Both the position numbers and the translations under genes were made by a program. The notes under the pieces were generated by a model. That model worked only from the letters and a program-made list of their open reading frames with translations, did not search any database and was not told the DNA's origin. A stretch of 64,000 nt of DNA from positions 434,001 through 498,000 of the forward strand of contig OZ025684.1 in NCBI GenBank assembly GCA_964019335.1, written 5' to 3'. This document shows, in pieces, positions 20,712 through 31,607 of the stretch. The first letter of the stretch is position 1; every line of letters begins with the position of its first letter. The stretch is from Diplonema japonicum. Its lineage: Eukaryota; Protista; Euglenozoa: Diplonemea.

Positions 20712-21185
20712 AAAAAAAAAAAGGGCTTAAATTAGAGACGTTTAGTACTTACTTGCAAACTAGCCCGTCTGGCATATTCACCCAGTCTGCTGAATGAAAT
20801 GGTTTTAAGCTCGATTTGAGCTTTACCCCCCCCCCCCCCCCAAATAAAAGCTCGGCTTGAAGGAATAAAGCATAAGAAAAGCACATAAGGCCTGCACGAG
20901 TAAATCCTTACTAGGCACAAAGAAGAGGGAGAAGAAAACAGTATAAATTATATAGCTCAACATGACCACTTGACGCTGATCACTTTAATACCTGCTGGGA
21001 TAGGGGGGTGAAACTAAACCTATAAGGCAACATGCAAGCCAGCTGTGCAATGGGGGACGAGTGGCATAACATAGTTAAGGAACGTAACGGAACAAATATG
21101 ACTTGCGACATGAGACATCGCAAAGGTAATCACTAAGAAAAGAAAGGAAATTCTAATCACTCTAAATAGCTTATTCAGCTAATAA

Positions 21186-23729
21186 CTATGGTCCGCTGCT
21201 CATCCGCCGCAAGTTGGCCTCCCTCACGAAGGACGGAGAGAGAGGGGACACCGGATCGTTCCGTACTTTTGGAGACTGCAGAAGGTAGTCACCCTTCCTC
21301 AGCCAGCCCAGGGGTGTGGGGGGTGCCTTGTCGTCCCTTCGGAAGCACAGCGGTACAGGAAGAGAGAGGAGCCCTTGCATGGCCTCGACGATGCCGGCAA
21401 TGGAGGGGTCGGTGGAGGCAAGGCGTTGCAGCTCTGCGGTGTCCCCAGCAGCGTAGGCGTCGTGGTAGGAAGCGGACCAGGTCTCGGGGACTGCCCCGTC
21501 GAAGATCCCCCACACCCCTTGCAGGAGGGCGAAGGTCTCCAGGTTCAGTTGGTATATCCTCACCTTCGTTGTCCCCTCCCCCCAGAAGGCCACCTCCCGA
21601 AGGTGGGGGAGGAGCACCGGTTCCCGAACAGCCTCTTCGGTGTCCCCAGCCATCAAGCAGAACACCCCGAGGAGGCTCGCCCCGTCCGCCAGCGTCTTGC
21701 TCACGTCGATTGCCCGCCCGATCACAGCCACGAAACGCTGCTTCGCCGTCCCCACCATCCCGTGCAAAATTGCCCCGCGGTGCACCCCGACAGTCACCAT
21801 CCCGTCCCACTGCGTCCCCTCCAGTGCCCCCTTCACGTGCGCCACATACTTCCCACTCTGGTACGCGTGCTGGGTGCACCCTTTGCTCAGGTTCCACCCT
21901 CCGATCACGTAGTCCCCGCAGAAGGTCACCACAAGCCCATCGTGCCGGTTCATCGCATCCAACACAGTTGTCACTACCGACGCCACCGCGTCCGCAGCCG
22001 CAGGGAACTCCTTCAAACGGGAGAAGCTCACCCGCGTCGTCACAATCGTCCCAGAGGCCGAGGACAGCTTGTTCCGTGTCATGCTCTTCATGAAGGTGGT
22101 GGTCGTCGGGGTCGCCAGCTGCTTTGACATCGTAGCCGATGACGCAGATCCCGAACGCAGGAGCTTCTTCCGTCCCCTCACCGTTTTCTCGATCTCCTGC
22201 TCCCTCTCCCGCAGCTTCATCGGAAGGAGGAGCTGCACTTGAACCCGCCCCATCCCCTTCATCTCCTGCTCTCCGATGTCCATCACAAAAGGGGACCCGA
22301 CAGCCACCATGTCCCCCAGCTGCTCCAACACTTCATCAGTCACACCGACACCACCCCCGACAGCTGCCGCCTCCACCCGAGCTGCCTTGTTCACCGTCGG
22401 TCCCATGTAGTCCGCCCGCGAGGTCACAGGGTTGATCTCCAGCCGTGCGTGGCCAGTGTGGACCCCGATCCGGACACGAAGCCCCCGCCAACACCCGCCG
22501 CCCCCTACCCTGCAGAGCGGGTGTTCCAAAAGAGAAACAGGCCAATTCTGGACCACGAGCTTCTGCTGCACCTCCAAGGCGAACCGCACCCCCTCCACCG
22601 CAGTGTCAAAGGCCACCATGAAGGCATCCCCGATCGTCTTCACCTCGTACCCGTTGTGCTTGTAGATCAGCTCCCGCATCACAGCGTTGTGCAGATCCAT
22701 CGCAACCCGCATCGCAGTCGTGTGCCTCTCCCAAATATCTGTCGATGACTGGATGTCTGTGAAGACGATCGTCACAGAAGCGTCCATCGTGTCGCCCGTG
22801 CTGATCCCGGGGGGGTTCCCTCGTGTGGGGAACGCTGAGGTTGCCTCATCCTCCACGAAGAGGGCGTCGGGGAGGTAGGGACGGTACAGGCGGAGGTTCC
22901 CGATCAGAGATTCAAACGCGCTCCTCAGAGAAGAGCTGCTTGCCCTTCCCAAGTGGTAGGCTGCCGTGTCCAGGTCGAACTTCACAAGAGCGTCAGCAAC
23001 AAGATTTGCCATCTCCACGTCATCCAGGCTCTTCTGCTGCTCCTTCCGCATCCCCATTGCGAACCGCTTCGTCAACACGTAGTCGGCATTGAAGACTATC
23101 ACGCGCATCAACATCACAGTGATCATCCACCTGGTGCCTCTCGCCTCATTAGGGGTATACTCACCTTTAGGAAAGAGGTCGTAGATACCCATCCTGTACG
23201 CCTCTTCAACCGTTTTCACCATTAAGTACAACGAAATGAAGACGCAGGTACAGGTTGCTGTGGTTTTCCTGCACCCAGTGAGGAGCAGTATGTCCATCGC
23301 GATGACGGCACCTGTGTACGAGTCGAAGACACCGAAGTAGAGCAAGTCGTCGGCGATGAACAGTGTGAAGCCCATTGCGAGGACGGTCGCTTCTGCGACC
23401 CATACAGGGATACGGCGGGTCTTCAAAGTGTAAGCAAGGAAGCTGTAGAGTATCGAAGTGCGGACACCTGAGTTGAAGATGGACTTCATTACAGATTGTG
23501 TAAGGAGACTCGAAACAAAAAACCCGGTGTAGATAACGGCCAGCATGATGCACAGAGGGAAGAGGAGCGACTTCCTGACACGCTCGTCAGTATCATCGTC
23601 GTCCCTGTACACGAGGGACATCAGCCGTGCGAAGCACCCGTTGTCATTGCTGTCCGGTAGTGTTGGTATGTCCTCCACAGGGTCTTCGAAAGGATCCTCA
23701 AAGTACAGGCTCGTGGCCCTGGAGGACAT
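21186..23729 (-). CDS. Multi-pass membrane class III adenylate cyclase, paralog 3 (847 aa)
   Basis: Same motifs; N-terminal ~58 aa identical and cytosolic region near-identical to paralog 2. Confidence 0.93.
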   Translation of the reverse strand: MSSRATSLYFEDPFEDPVEDIPTLPDSNDNGCFARLMSLVYRDDDDTDERVRKSLLFPLCIMLAVIYTGFFVSSLLTQSVMKSIFNSGVRTSILYSFLAYTLKTRRIPVWVAEATVLAMGFTLFIADDLLYFGVFDSYTGAVIAMDILLLTGCRKTTATCTCVFISLYLMVKTVEEAYRMGIYDLFPKGEYTPNEARGTRWMITVMLMRVIVFNADYVLTKRFAMGMRKEQQKSLDDVEMANLVADALVKFDLDTAAYHLGRASSSSLRSAFESLIGNLRLYRPYLPDALFVEDEATSAFPTRGNPPGISTGDTMDASVTIVFTDIQSSTDIWERHTTAMRVAMDLHNAVMRELIYKHNGYEVKTIGDAFMVAFDTAVEGVRFALEVQQKLVVQNWPVSLLEHPLCRVGGGGCWRGLRVRIGVHTGHARLEINPVTSRADYMGPTVNKAARVEAAAVGGGVGVTDEVLEQLGDMVAVGSPFVMDIGEQEMKGMGRVQVQLLLPMKLREREQEIEKTVRGRKKLLRSGSASSATMSKQLATPTTTTFMKSMTRNKLSSASGTIVTTRVSFSRLKEFPAAADAVASVVTTVLDAMNRHDGLVVTFCGDYVIGGWNLSKGCTQHAYQSGKYVAHVKGALEGTQWDGMVTVGVHRGAILHGMVGTAKQRFVAVIGRAIDVSKTLADGASLLGVFCLMAGDTEEAVREPVLLPHLREVAFWGEGTTKVRIYQLNLETFALLQGVWGIFDGAVPETWSASYHDAYAAGDTAELQRLASTDPSIAGIVEAMQGLLSLPVPLCFRRDDKAPPTPLGWLRKGDYLLQSPKVRNDPVSPLSPSFVREANLRRMSSGP

Positions 23730-23893
23730 GGTTTTTTCTCTTTTCTTTTTTTTCTTTTCTATATTCTTTTTAAAAAAAAGAAAACCTTGAATGGAATTGT
23801 GTCGAAGGGTGGAAAATATAGGTGTTTTTTTTTTTTTCTTCTTCTTTTAGTGCGTCAAACAAGTCTAAAAGAAATGTAAATTTCCTTTCTTTC

Positions 23894-24682
23894 TCATTTA
23901 GCACCCTTCACACGCAATTTCTTCAGTTCAGCAACGTGGGCACACCGTTGGGTTATCCGCTGCTCGATCAAGTGGAGCTCTTTGAGCATTTCCTTCTGTT
24001 GCTCAGGGGTGAACAGCCCCTTTCGTGATTGCCGGGCCGCGTTGCGTATCTCAATCCTGAGAAGTTTCTCCTCCCTTCGAATCTTCGTCCTCCCTGTTTC
24101 CTCGCCGTCTGTCGGTGGCCGAACAGGCTCAGCTGGTGTAACAATACGGTGAATGGGGTGAACATTTCCAGCGGTGAAAGGAAACGGCACCGATAGCTTA
24201 TCCCACACAGTCAGAGGCCACTCACCCGACATCACGGAAGTTTCGAAAGGGTACAACCCCTGAAGTGTGGCCACACGAGGTAAAGGTAGTGGTGGTAATG
24301 GGTGCTCGAGGACATGGTTGGTTTGTATTATATAAGTTTCCACCCTGCACAGGTACCTGTCGGCCCAATGGGGTTTTGATAAATATTCGGGGATGTCGGG
24401 TTTCTGGATTTCTAGGTTAGGCACTCCAGATGTTATCCAGTGTATGAGCATCCAGTTCCAGACCTTCCCCCCTGCAGTTCCGGATCTGAAGATGACGGCG
24501 TTTGTTGATTCTCCCGTTGCTAGCACTACTTGCTCGTTGGGTTCCTCAGGGCACCACATTGTCTTGATGTTGCGGTGCATCCTCGCGAGAATCTCTGCAA
24601 TCACCCAACCATGCCCTACTTCCTCCTTTCCTTTCATACGTTTGATGTATGTGAGCAACGCTTGCTTGAGGGTATGAGGCAT
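23894..24682 (-). CDS. Hypothetical protein (262 aa) with C-terminal basic coiled-coil-like segment
   Basis: Long open frame free of homopolymers, ATG after an A-run, same strand as its neighbours. No recognisable domain. Confidence 0.5.
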   Translation of the reverse strand: MPHTLKQALLTYIKRMKGKEEVGHGWVIAEILARMHRNIKTMWCPEEPNEQVVLATGESTNAVIFRSGTAGGKVWNWMLIHWITSGVPNLEIQKPDIPEYLSKPHWADRYLCRVETYIIQTNHVLEHPLPPLPLPRVATLQGLYPFETSVMSGEWPLTVWDKLSVPFPFTAGNVHPIHRIVTPAEPVRPPTDGEETGRTKIRREEKLLRIEIRNAARQSRKGLFTPEQQKEMLKELHLIEQRITQRCAHVAELKKLRVKGAK

Positions 24683-25689
24683 TTTTTTCCCCCTCCCCCC
24701 CCTTTTTTTCTTTTTTTTTGTATTTAGGAAGGAAAAAAAAAGAAAAAAAAATGCACGAAGTATCTCTCATCTTTGCAGCTCCTCCAGGTGCTGTTCTTAT
24801 CAGGCAAGAGGCACCCTTTCAAAAAAAAAAAGAAGATGAAGAAGAAGAAAAGCTTTTTCATAGGAAGAAAAAGAGGGGAGGGGGGGAAAGGCCCGCCTGT
24901 CAAAAAGATAATATTTTAAGTGGCGTGTTTCCAGTGATGTCACTTTCTTTTCCATTGCTTTCCCTCTTTTGCCCTCCTTTCTTTTTTTCGTTTTTTTTTC
25001 ACCCCCCCCACTTATTTCAGATTTTAGACTTTATCTTTTAACTGACATTTCTTTGTTCTGCTAAGTCCGGGTAACAGAACCAGAAAACGGGTTTTTTTTT
25101 TGACGAAAAGTTTTCTTGTTAGTGTATTTCTATCCCGTAGCGCATTCCCGTTTGTCTGCTCTCTCTCTTTTTTTTTTTTCTCTTTTTTCTTCCTGACTAT
25201 CATAGAGGGGAGCGTGGGGAAAAAAAAAAAAAAAAGGGCTGCTTTCTTTTTCTCTCGGTTTTTTTTTTTTTTTTTTTTTTTTTTTAGCAGTTTGTTCAAA
25301 GAAGAAAAAAAGGGGGGGGGTAGAAGGGGACCAAGATGGGGAAGTGAAATAGTGGGGACTGACTTTGACTTTCTAGGGAAACAAACAGACAAAATAACAC
25401 AACTGTGACAAAGACATAGACAGTTTAGCTTCCCCGTTTTTCTTTTTTTTTTTGTTTTTTTTTTTTATATAGAGATAACCCCTAAAGGGCGAGAGCTTAC
25501 TTTTTTTTGAAGGGTAGCACCCGTTGTTACCGAAGAGCTTTGGCGCCCCCTTTCAACAACGGTTTACAAAAAAATCTCTCTTTCTAGCGAAAAAGAGACA
25601 CACCGAGCAAGAGAGAAATAAAAAAAAAAAATAAAAAAAATCAAGCCGATCAAGTTGGAAAAAAACCAAGTCAAAAATAGAAGAGAGAA

Positions 25690-26253
25690 CATAGACCGAA
25701 GCCATTATGAGTCATAGGCTGATTGCCAACAAAGTCGACCAGACCAAGGAGTTATATTATAGGCAGATTGCGGGGCCCGAGTGGAAACAGGGCAAAAATA
25801 TCACCCTCTGTGACATCTACTTCTTCTTCACGCGCTCCCTGTGCTGGATAGTTCAGTAGGCAGGCTCTTGAAGGCCCTCTGGGCTGACTTGCGAATCCAT
25901 GTCAGGCTTTATCCAGTGTTCGTCACACAGGGCCCATCAGGTCCTTGTACTATCTTGTCCCCCTGGTTCCCGGGATTTCCGGTGGTGGCCTGCGGCAGGT
26001 ATTGCCTCTCTGCGGCAAAGCATGTCGGCCCAGTTGGTGGAAAACGAAACAGTGCTTCCAAAGTCCACGAGATTTATTTTCCGGAGCTTCTACAAGGTGC
26101 GGAGACAGGCATACCCGGCTATCTACCCAGGCTATCCCTTTCCCTACCCCCACCCAAGCAAAAAAACGGGGGTCCTGCTTAAGAAAAACTCCCTATAATT
26201 GGCAGATTGGGCCGATTATGACTCTATGACTCATAATATGACCTAGGTCTATG
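25690..26253. mobile_element. Non-autonomous TIR element (564 bp) with CATAG termini and 6-bp flanking direct repeat
   Basis: Left catagaccgaagccattatgagtcatag vs right reverse complement catagacctaggtcatattatgagtcatag; agagaa on both sides. Confidence 0.7.
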
Positions 26254-26426
26254 AGAGAATAAAAAAAAGGATAAAGAAATAATAAAAAAAAAAATAAAAT
26301 AAAAAACACTGCGCAAAGAATAGTCGTTCAGTACTGACAACATGTCATATTGTTAATACAAAAGAAAAAAATACAAAATGAAAAGAAAGAATGCAACCAT
26401 CATGTCATGACGCATCATGTTGATAA

Positions 26427-28094
26427 CTAAGTCGAACGTGAAGGCAGCAAATCCAAACCACTATTTGACTCAGGCCCCAGAACACACTCCCCATCACGAA
26501 GCGGGATGCCTGACCTATACTCCATGTTCCACTCCCTGTTGGCAAGAAGGTGGTAGGGTGGCGTTGGGATTGCAGTCCCTACTACATTCCGCGCCCCGAC
26601 CAGCAACGTACAGTTCTGATAGTTGATACTAAAGCCACGGCAGGAAGGGACCGAGAAGCAGTGGTTACAGCAAGCCTCGGTCGTGTTCACCTTTGGAGCC
26701 TCTGCTAGCTCCATTAGGTTCACCCGTCTCACCCTTGTTGTAGCTGTTGGGGTGTATTTGAAGTTCGCTTCCACGAAACACGTGCCACGGGCAATATCCA
26801 CAAATTTCACATTGTCGGAGATCGCTGCTCCCAGCTGTCTGAACCGCTTCCGCAGTACCCTCAAAAACCGTACAGCCGAGAAGCTGATAGTGCTGTCCAG
26901 CTCGATGAGCCTCAACGGTGCCCTGAACCCACGCTTGCTGTCCGCCTTGTTCCCCGCTTTCCTTGCGTAGTACTGCATCGACTTCATCCCGTAATGGTTG
27001 TACCCAATACCCCCCGCACAGCAGTCGGGTGTGTACTCCCTTGGCCGCTTCGCCCCGCCTCCTGATGTCGCCCACCGGTTGCACGAGTTGTCATCGTTCC
27101 TCCCTGCTTTGAAGACACACTTGTCATGTTTCCAATGCGACGACAAGCCAGGCGACTTCGCCCAGCTTCTACCGTGGTACTCTGGTCTCCTTGCGTTCCT
27201 CGGGTCCTTCCACTCCGTTGTGTTCACAGGCCAGTGGATCCACCCTGCATGATCTAGCTTCGCGCATTCTGTGTTGTAAATCACCTTGGTGTGCCGACAC
27301 TCTCCGCAGTAGGAGTACGGTGTGCTGGCACAGTGCCCGCGTGTGAAGATGCGGTCAAACATCGGTGTCTTAGCACACCCACCACCAGAGGAGAGGAAGT
27401 TCTCCATCATGAGACCGTGGGGGTGCATCTCAAAGCCGTTCGACCCGAACCGCTCCCAACGGACAAGGATGTGGGACTGGTCAGGGTTGCAGTGGTTCTT
27501 GATGTGCTCCTTCAGAGAGCAGCCGTTGTGGGGGAAGATGAACTCGTCGGTGTCGGCGAAGAGGAGCCACTTCACATGAGGCGAGGCGTGTTCGAAGCAG
27601 TGCTTCACAGGGGCGCAGTTGTGTCTCCCCTCCTTTCCGCGGAGGAGCGTGCACTGCTCGTGACGGGAGGGCATCGTCCCAGGGATCACTGTCACGTAGC
27701 CAAGCTCCTCGTACTGCTTCAGGACACCCGCAGTGCCGTCGCTGCTGTTGGCTGCGTTGTCGTTCACCACCCACAGGTGGTCCACACCTGTCGCGAGCTG
27801 TATCTCGATCCACTCCCGCATCCATGCACCGCTTCCCTTTGTGCCCGTGCAGGTTCCTAGGAACCAAGGGCCCTCCTTCTGAACTGCGATCCGTCCCTCG
27901 TACGGGTTCAGACGGGACGGGACTTCCTGTACTATCGGTGGTTCCGGCTGATCTTTTGTTGACCCTATGCTACAAAGAATAAGACCGGGTGTCGTAACGG
28001 GTGCCTTGCCCTTGTCAGTGTTTCCTTCCCACTTCATAGTAAGGAAGACTATCACCAGGAGGCATAATGTGGTAGACACGCCTCTCGAAGACAT
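26427..28094 (-). CDS. Type II membrane glycosyltransferase (GT92/GT2-like) with C-terminal PAN/apple-like Cys domain, paralog 1
   Basis: N-terminal signal anchor; MREWIE..ATGVDH; WLLFADTDEFI (DxD); C-terminal CCxxC...CxGFS...C pattern. ATG (MSSRG) at 28094. Confidence 0.8.
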   Translation of the reverse strand: MSSRGVSTTLCLLVIVFLTMKWEGNTDKGKAPVTTPGLILCSIGSTKDQPEPPIVQEVPSRLNPYEGRIAVQKEGPWFLGTCTGTKGSGAWMREWIEIQLATGVDHLWVVNDNAANSSDGTAGVLKQYEELGYVTVIPGTMPSRHEQCTLLRGKEGRHNCAPVKHCFEHASPHVKWLLFADTDEFIFPHNGCSLKEHIKNHCNPDQSHILVRWERFGSNGFEMHPHGLMMENFLSSGGGCAKTPMFDRIFTRGHCASTPYSYCGECRHTKVIYNTECAKLDHAGWIHWPVNTTEWKDPRNARRPEYHGRSWAKSPGLSSHWKHDKCVFKAGRNDDNSCNRWATSGGGAKRPREYTPDCCAGGIGYNHYGMKSMQYYARKAGNKADSKRGFRAPLRLIELDSTISFSAVRFLRVLRKRFRQLGAAISDNVKFVDIARGTCFVEANFKYTPTATTRVRRVNLMELAEAPKVNTTEACCNHCFSVPSCRGFSINYQNCTLLVGARNVVGTAIPTPPYHLLANREWNMEYRSGIPLRDGECVLGPESNSGLDLLPSRST

Positions 28095-28890
28095 AGAAAC
28101 CCTTTGTTTGTGTTGGGAATAGAAGGACAGGCGGGAGTGGAAATGAAGACTGTTAATAACGAATTTTATGGCGTTGAGAGAGCACAATCGTAGACAGAAA
28201 GCTTTTTTTTTAAAAGGCATCTATTCCACTTCGAGAAGGGGGGGGGGGGGGGGGGAGAATGTTTTTATCCCACTTGTGTTCAGCCTCTTGGTGGAGATTA
28301 AAAAGAATAGTTGTAAAAAAGAACAGCTTACCATTGGTTTATGGTCATTGGAAATCCGGAGGATGGAATAATCCTCGGGATAGGGACACCCTTGGTATTT
28401 TCAGTCTGCACTGCACCCCCCCCCCCCCCCCCCCCCTCTTTTAAGGGTTGAAACGAATAACGATAGTGCCATATTTATAAAAGGACAGACCGGTTTCCAA
28501 AAAAAAGAAAAAAAAAACGCAAGGTGCGAGGTGGGGGACCCCTCCCTTCTACCATTCCCATGTGGAAAGGGTCAAGGGGGGAGGGGGGAGTGAGGGGTAT
28601 GTCTTTCCCCCCCCCCATTTTTATTTTTTTCTTTGAAAAGAAATTCACTATGATAGAAAACGAAATAATTAGCAACGGCCCACAAAAAAAAAAAAGGAAA
28701 ACTACAGAACGGCCCAGGGTAACTTTAAGGTTTTATTGTTTTTTTTTTTTTTTTTCGTTTTTCCACCATCGTGTACACTTTCTTCTTCTGTGTCCCGCGT
28801 CCTGTCCTCTGCTCCGCCCGGATCTCTACCAGGTGGTCAGGAATCCTGATGTTCGGAAGAAAAAAAGAGGGGGCGGAATGTAAAGTACAA

Positions 28891-30585
28891 CTATCTCGGG
28901 GGGGTTTGTGTCAACCCAGTAGAAGTACCCGGAAGACACTCTCCCTCACGGAGTGGGATGCCCGACCTGTGCTCCAGCTCCCATGTCCTGTCAGCAAGAA
29001 GGTGGTAGGGTGGCGTTGGGACAGACGTTCCGAGAATTCTTACAGCTCCCAGAAGTAACGAACATTCACTATCTGAGACACTGAAGCCACGGCAGGAAGG
29101 GACGGCGAAGCAGTGGTCGCAGCAAGACTCGGTGGTGTTCACCAGCACCCGTCTCACCTTTGTTGTAGCTGTTGGGGTGTATTTGAAGTTCGCTTCCACG
29201 AAACACGTGCCACTGGGTCCGTCTAAAAATTTCACATTGTCGGAGATCGCTGCTCCCAGCTGTCTGAACCGCTTCCGCAGTACCCTCAAAAACCGTACAG
29301 CCGAGAAGCTGATAGTGCTGTCCAGCTCGATGAGCCTCAACGGTGCCCTGAACCCACGCTTGCTGTCCGCCTTGTTCCCCGCTTTCCTTGCGTAGTACTG
29401 CATCGACTTCATCCCGTAATGGTTGTACCCAATACCCCCCGCACAGCAGTCGGGTGTGTACTCCCTTGGCCGCTTCGCCCCGCCTCCTGATGTCGCCCAT
29501 TGATTGCATGTCTCGAAGTCATCGGCTTCTGTTTGGAAGACACACTTGTCATGTTTCCAATGCGACGACAAGCCAGGCGACTTCGCCCACACACGGTTGT
29601 TGTACTCCGGCTTCTTTGCGTTCCTCGGGTCCTTCCACTCCGTTGTGTTCACAGGCCAGTGGATCCACCCTGCATGATCTAGCTTCGCGCATTCTGTGTT
29701 GTAAATCACCTTGGTGTGCCGACACTCTCCGCAGTAGGAGTACGGTGTGCTGGCACAGTACCCGCGTGTGAAGATGCGGTCAAACATCGGTGTCTTAGCA
29801 CACCCACCACCAGAGGAGAGGAAGTTCTCCATCATGAGACCGTGGGGGTGCATCTCAAAGCCGTTCGACCCGAACCGCTCCCAACGGACAAGGATGTGGG
29901 ACTGGTCAGGGTTGCAGTGGTTCTTGATGTGCTCCTTCAGAGAGCAGCCGTTGTGGGGGAAGATGAACTCGTCGGTGTCGGCGAAGAGGAGCCACTTCAC
30001 ATGAGGCGAGGCGTGTTCGAAGCAGTGCTTCACAGGGGCGCAGTTGTGTCTCCCCTCCTTTCCGCGGAGGAGCGTGCACTGCTCGTGACGGGAGGGCATC
30101 GTCCCAGGGATCACTGTCACGTAGCCAAGCTCCTCGTACTGCTTCAGGACACCCGCAGTGCCGTCGCTGCTGTTGGCTGCGTTGTCGTTCACCACCCACA
30201 GGTGGTCCACACCTGTCGCGAGCTGTATCTCGATCCACTCCCGCATCCATGCACCGCTTCCCTTTGTGCCCGTGCAGGTTCCTAGGAACCAAGGGCCCTC
30301 CTTCTGAACTGCGATCCGCCCCTCGTACGGCTGTTCTTGCTTCCCTTCAGGGTGTGACTGGGACTGGCGGGACGGAGCTGGCTGCTGGTCTTGCTTTCTT
30401 ACGGGGTCTTGCACAACTGTGGGGTGCTCCTCCCAGGCTTGGGTTTTGTCCAGATCCTGAAGCACCTCATGGATGGTTTTCTTTGTTGGGCCATTGCCAG
30501 AGTCCAGGAACTTAAGGCAACAGACCAACAGCACCAACAACAAGAGGGCCGTGTTGCGGTTGAAGCGGTTCATAGCCCATGGCAT
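28891..30585 (-). CDS. Type II membrane glycosyltransferase (GT92/GT2-like), paralog 2
   Basis: Catalytic region near-identical to paralog 1; different anchor and stem. Confidence 0.8.
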   Translation of the reverse strand: MPWAMNRFNRNTALLLLVLLVCCLKFLDSGNGPTKKTIHEVLQDLDKTQAWEEHPTVVQDPVRKQDQQPAPSRQSQSHPEGKQEQPYEGRIAVQKEGPWFLGTCTGTKGSGAWMREWIEIQLATGVDHLWVVNDNAANSSDGTAGVLKQYEELGYVTVIPGTMPSRHEQCTLLRGKEGRHNCAPVKHCFEHASPHVKWLLFADTDEFIFPHNGCSLKEHIKNHCNPDQSHILVRWERFGSNGFEMHPHGLMMENFLSSGGGCAKTPMFDRIFTRGYCASTPYSYCGECRHTKVIYNTECAKLDHAGWIHWPVNTTEWKDPRNAKKPEYNNRVWAKSPGLSSHWKHDKCVFQTEADDFETCNQWATSGGGAKRPREYTPDCCAGGIGYNHYGMKSMQYYARKAGNKADSKRGFRAPLRLIELDSTISFSAVRFLRVLRKRFRQLGAAISDNVKFLDGPSGTCFVEANFKYTPTATTKVRRVLVNTTESCCDHCFAVPSCRGFSVSDSECSLLLGAVRILGTSVPTPPYHLLADRTWELEHRSGIPLREGECLPGTSTGLTQTPPR

Positions 30586-30876
30586 TTTTTATTCTTCTTA
30601 ATTTCTTCTCCCTTTTGTTACGCCTGATGGTTTTTTTTTTTTTTTTTTTTTTTTTTTCCTCCAGAGGGACGATTGACAACAACAAGAAAAGAAAGGGGGA
30701 CAAGAAGGAGAGAGAACAAAAAAAGTAACGCTGAAAGGAAAACAAAAGGGGAGAAAAAAAAGAGGAAAAAAAAAAACATGGGTAAGAAGTGCTAACAACG
30801 ACCCCCCCAAAAAAAAAGAAAAAAAGAAAGGACGTGGAGGGGAGGAAGAAACTACGTGCGAGAGCAGCGAGGAACG

Positions 30877-30907
<31 letters not shown>

Positions 30908-31002
30908 CCAGAGAAAAAAAAAAATGAGATAATAATTTTTTCTAAGGGGGGTTTTTTTTTCAGGAGAAAAAAAAAAAAAAATTGCATTCCCTTTTTTTTT
31001 TT

Positions 31003-31572
31003 TTATTCCTCGAATTTCATGTTCTCAGGTTTCATGGCATCTCTGAACTCATCTTTTGAGCCTTTGCCCTTTTTGAAGCTTTTTGGGAGGAACATGATGG
31101 GAATACGGAACTTGCGGGCTTGAACGACTTTCGTTGCATGTTCGTCAAAATCCTCTGCACAGCAAATAAGGTAGTCCACCGACTTTGTCAGGGTAGATGA
31201 GGTGTGCGCACCGAAAGATTCAATGACTGAGGAGATGTCACTGTTGCTGCCGAATGTACCACAGCGGGCGAAGAATTTTGACTTTATGGTCATGGGCTTG
31301 TGTCTCTTTGCCTTGGGGCCTTTGATCTTCTCCTCGGAGTCGCTGTCGCTTTCCTCTTCGACCCTTCTGACGGCCCTCTGCAGCTGGTCATCGTCTGATC
31401 GGTACTGGATCATGTTTTTGAAATCGATGACATATTTATCACCCGTTATCTTCACAGTCTTCTTCTTCTTGTTGTAGGCCTCCTCGATCTTGTTGTTCTC
31501 TTTCTTTGTGTACGCGGTCCAGGACTTCTCCTCATCGTCACCGAAACGTAAGTCACTTTTCCAAGCCCACGA

Positions 31573-31575
<3 letters not shown>
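31003..31575 (-). CDS. WWE domain plus BRCT domain protein (190 aa)
   Basis: WAWK...WTAY...NKIEEAY...YVIDFKNMIQY...QRAVRR (WWE); GTF...IESFGA...LTKSVDYLIC...KVVQARKFRIPI (BRCT). Confidence 0.85.

Positions 31576-31607
<32 letters not shown>

Noticed and set aside
10075-23225. Repeated plus-strand ORFs overlapping the cyclase genes
   Set aside because: Antisense frames of GC-rich coding DNA, repeated only because the genes are.
28760-28930. Extra terminal exon of glycosyltransferase paralog 2
   Set aside because: The stretch looks coding (IPDHLVEIRAEQ...), but the obvious GT/AG pair gives a different frame that stops after six codons. Unsupported without transcripts.
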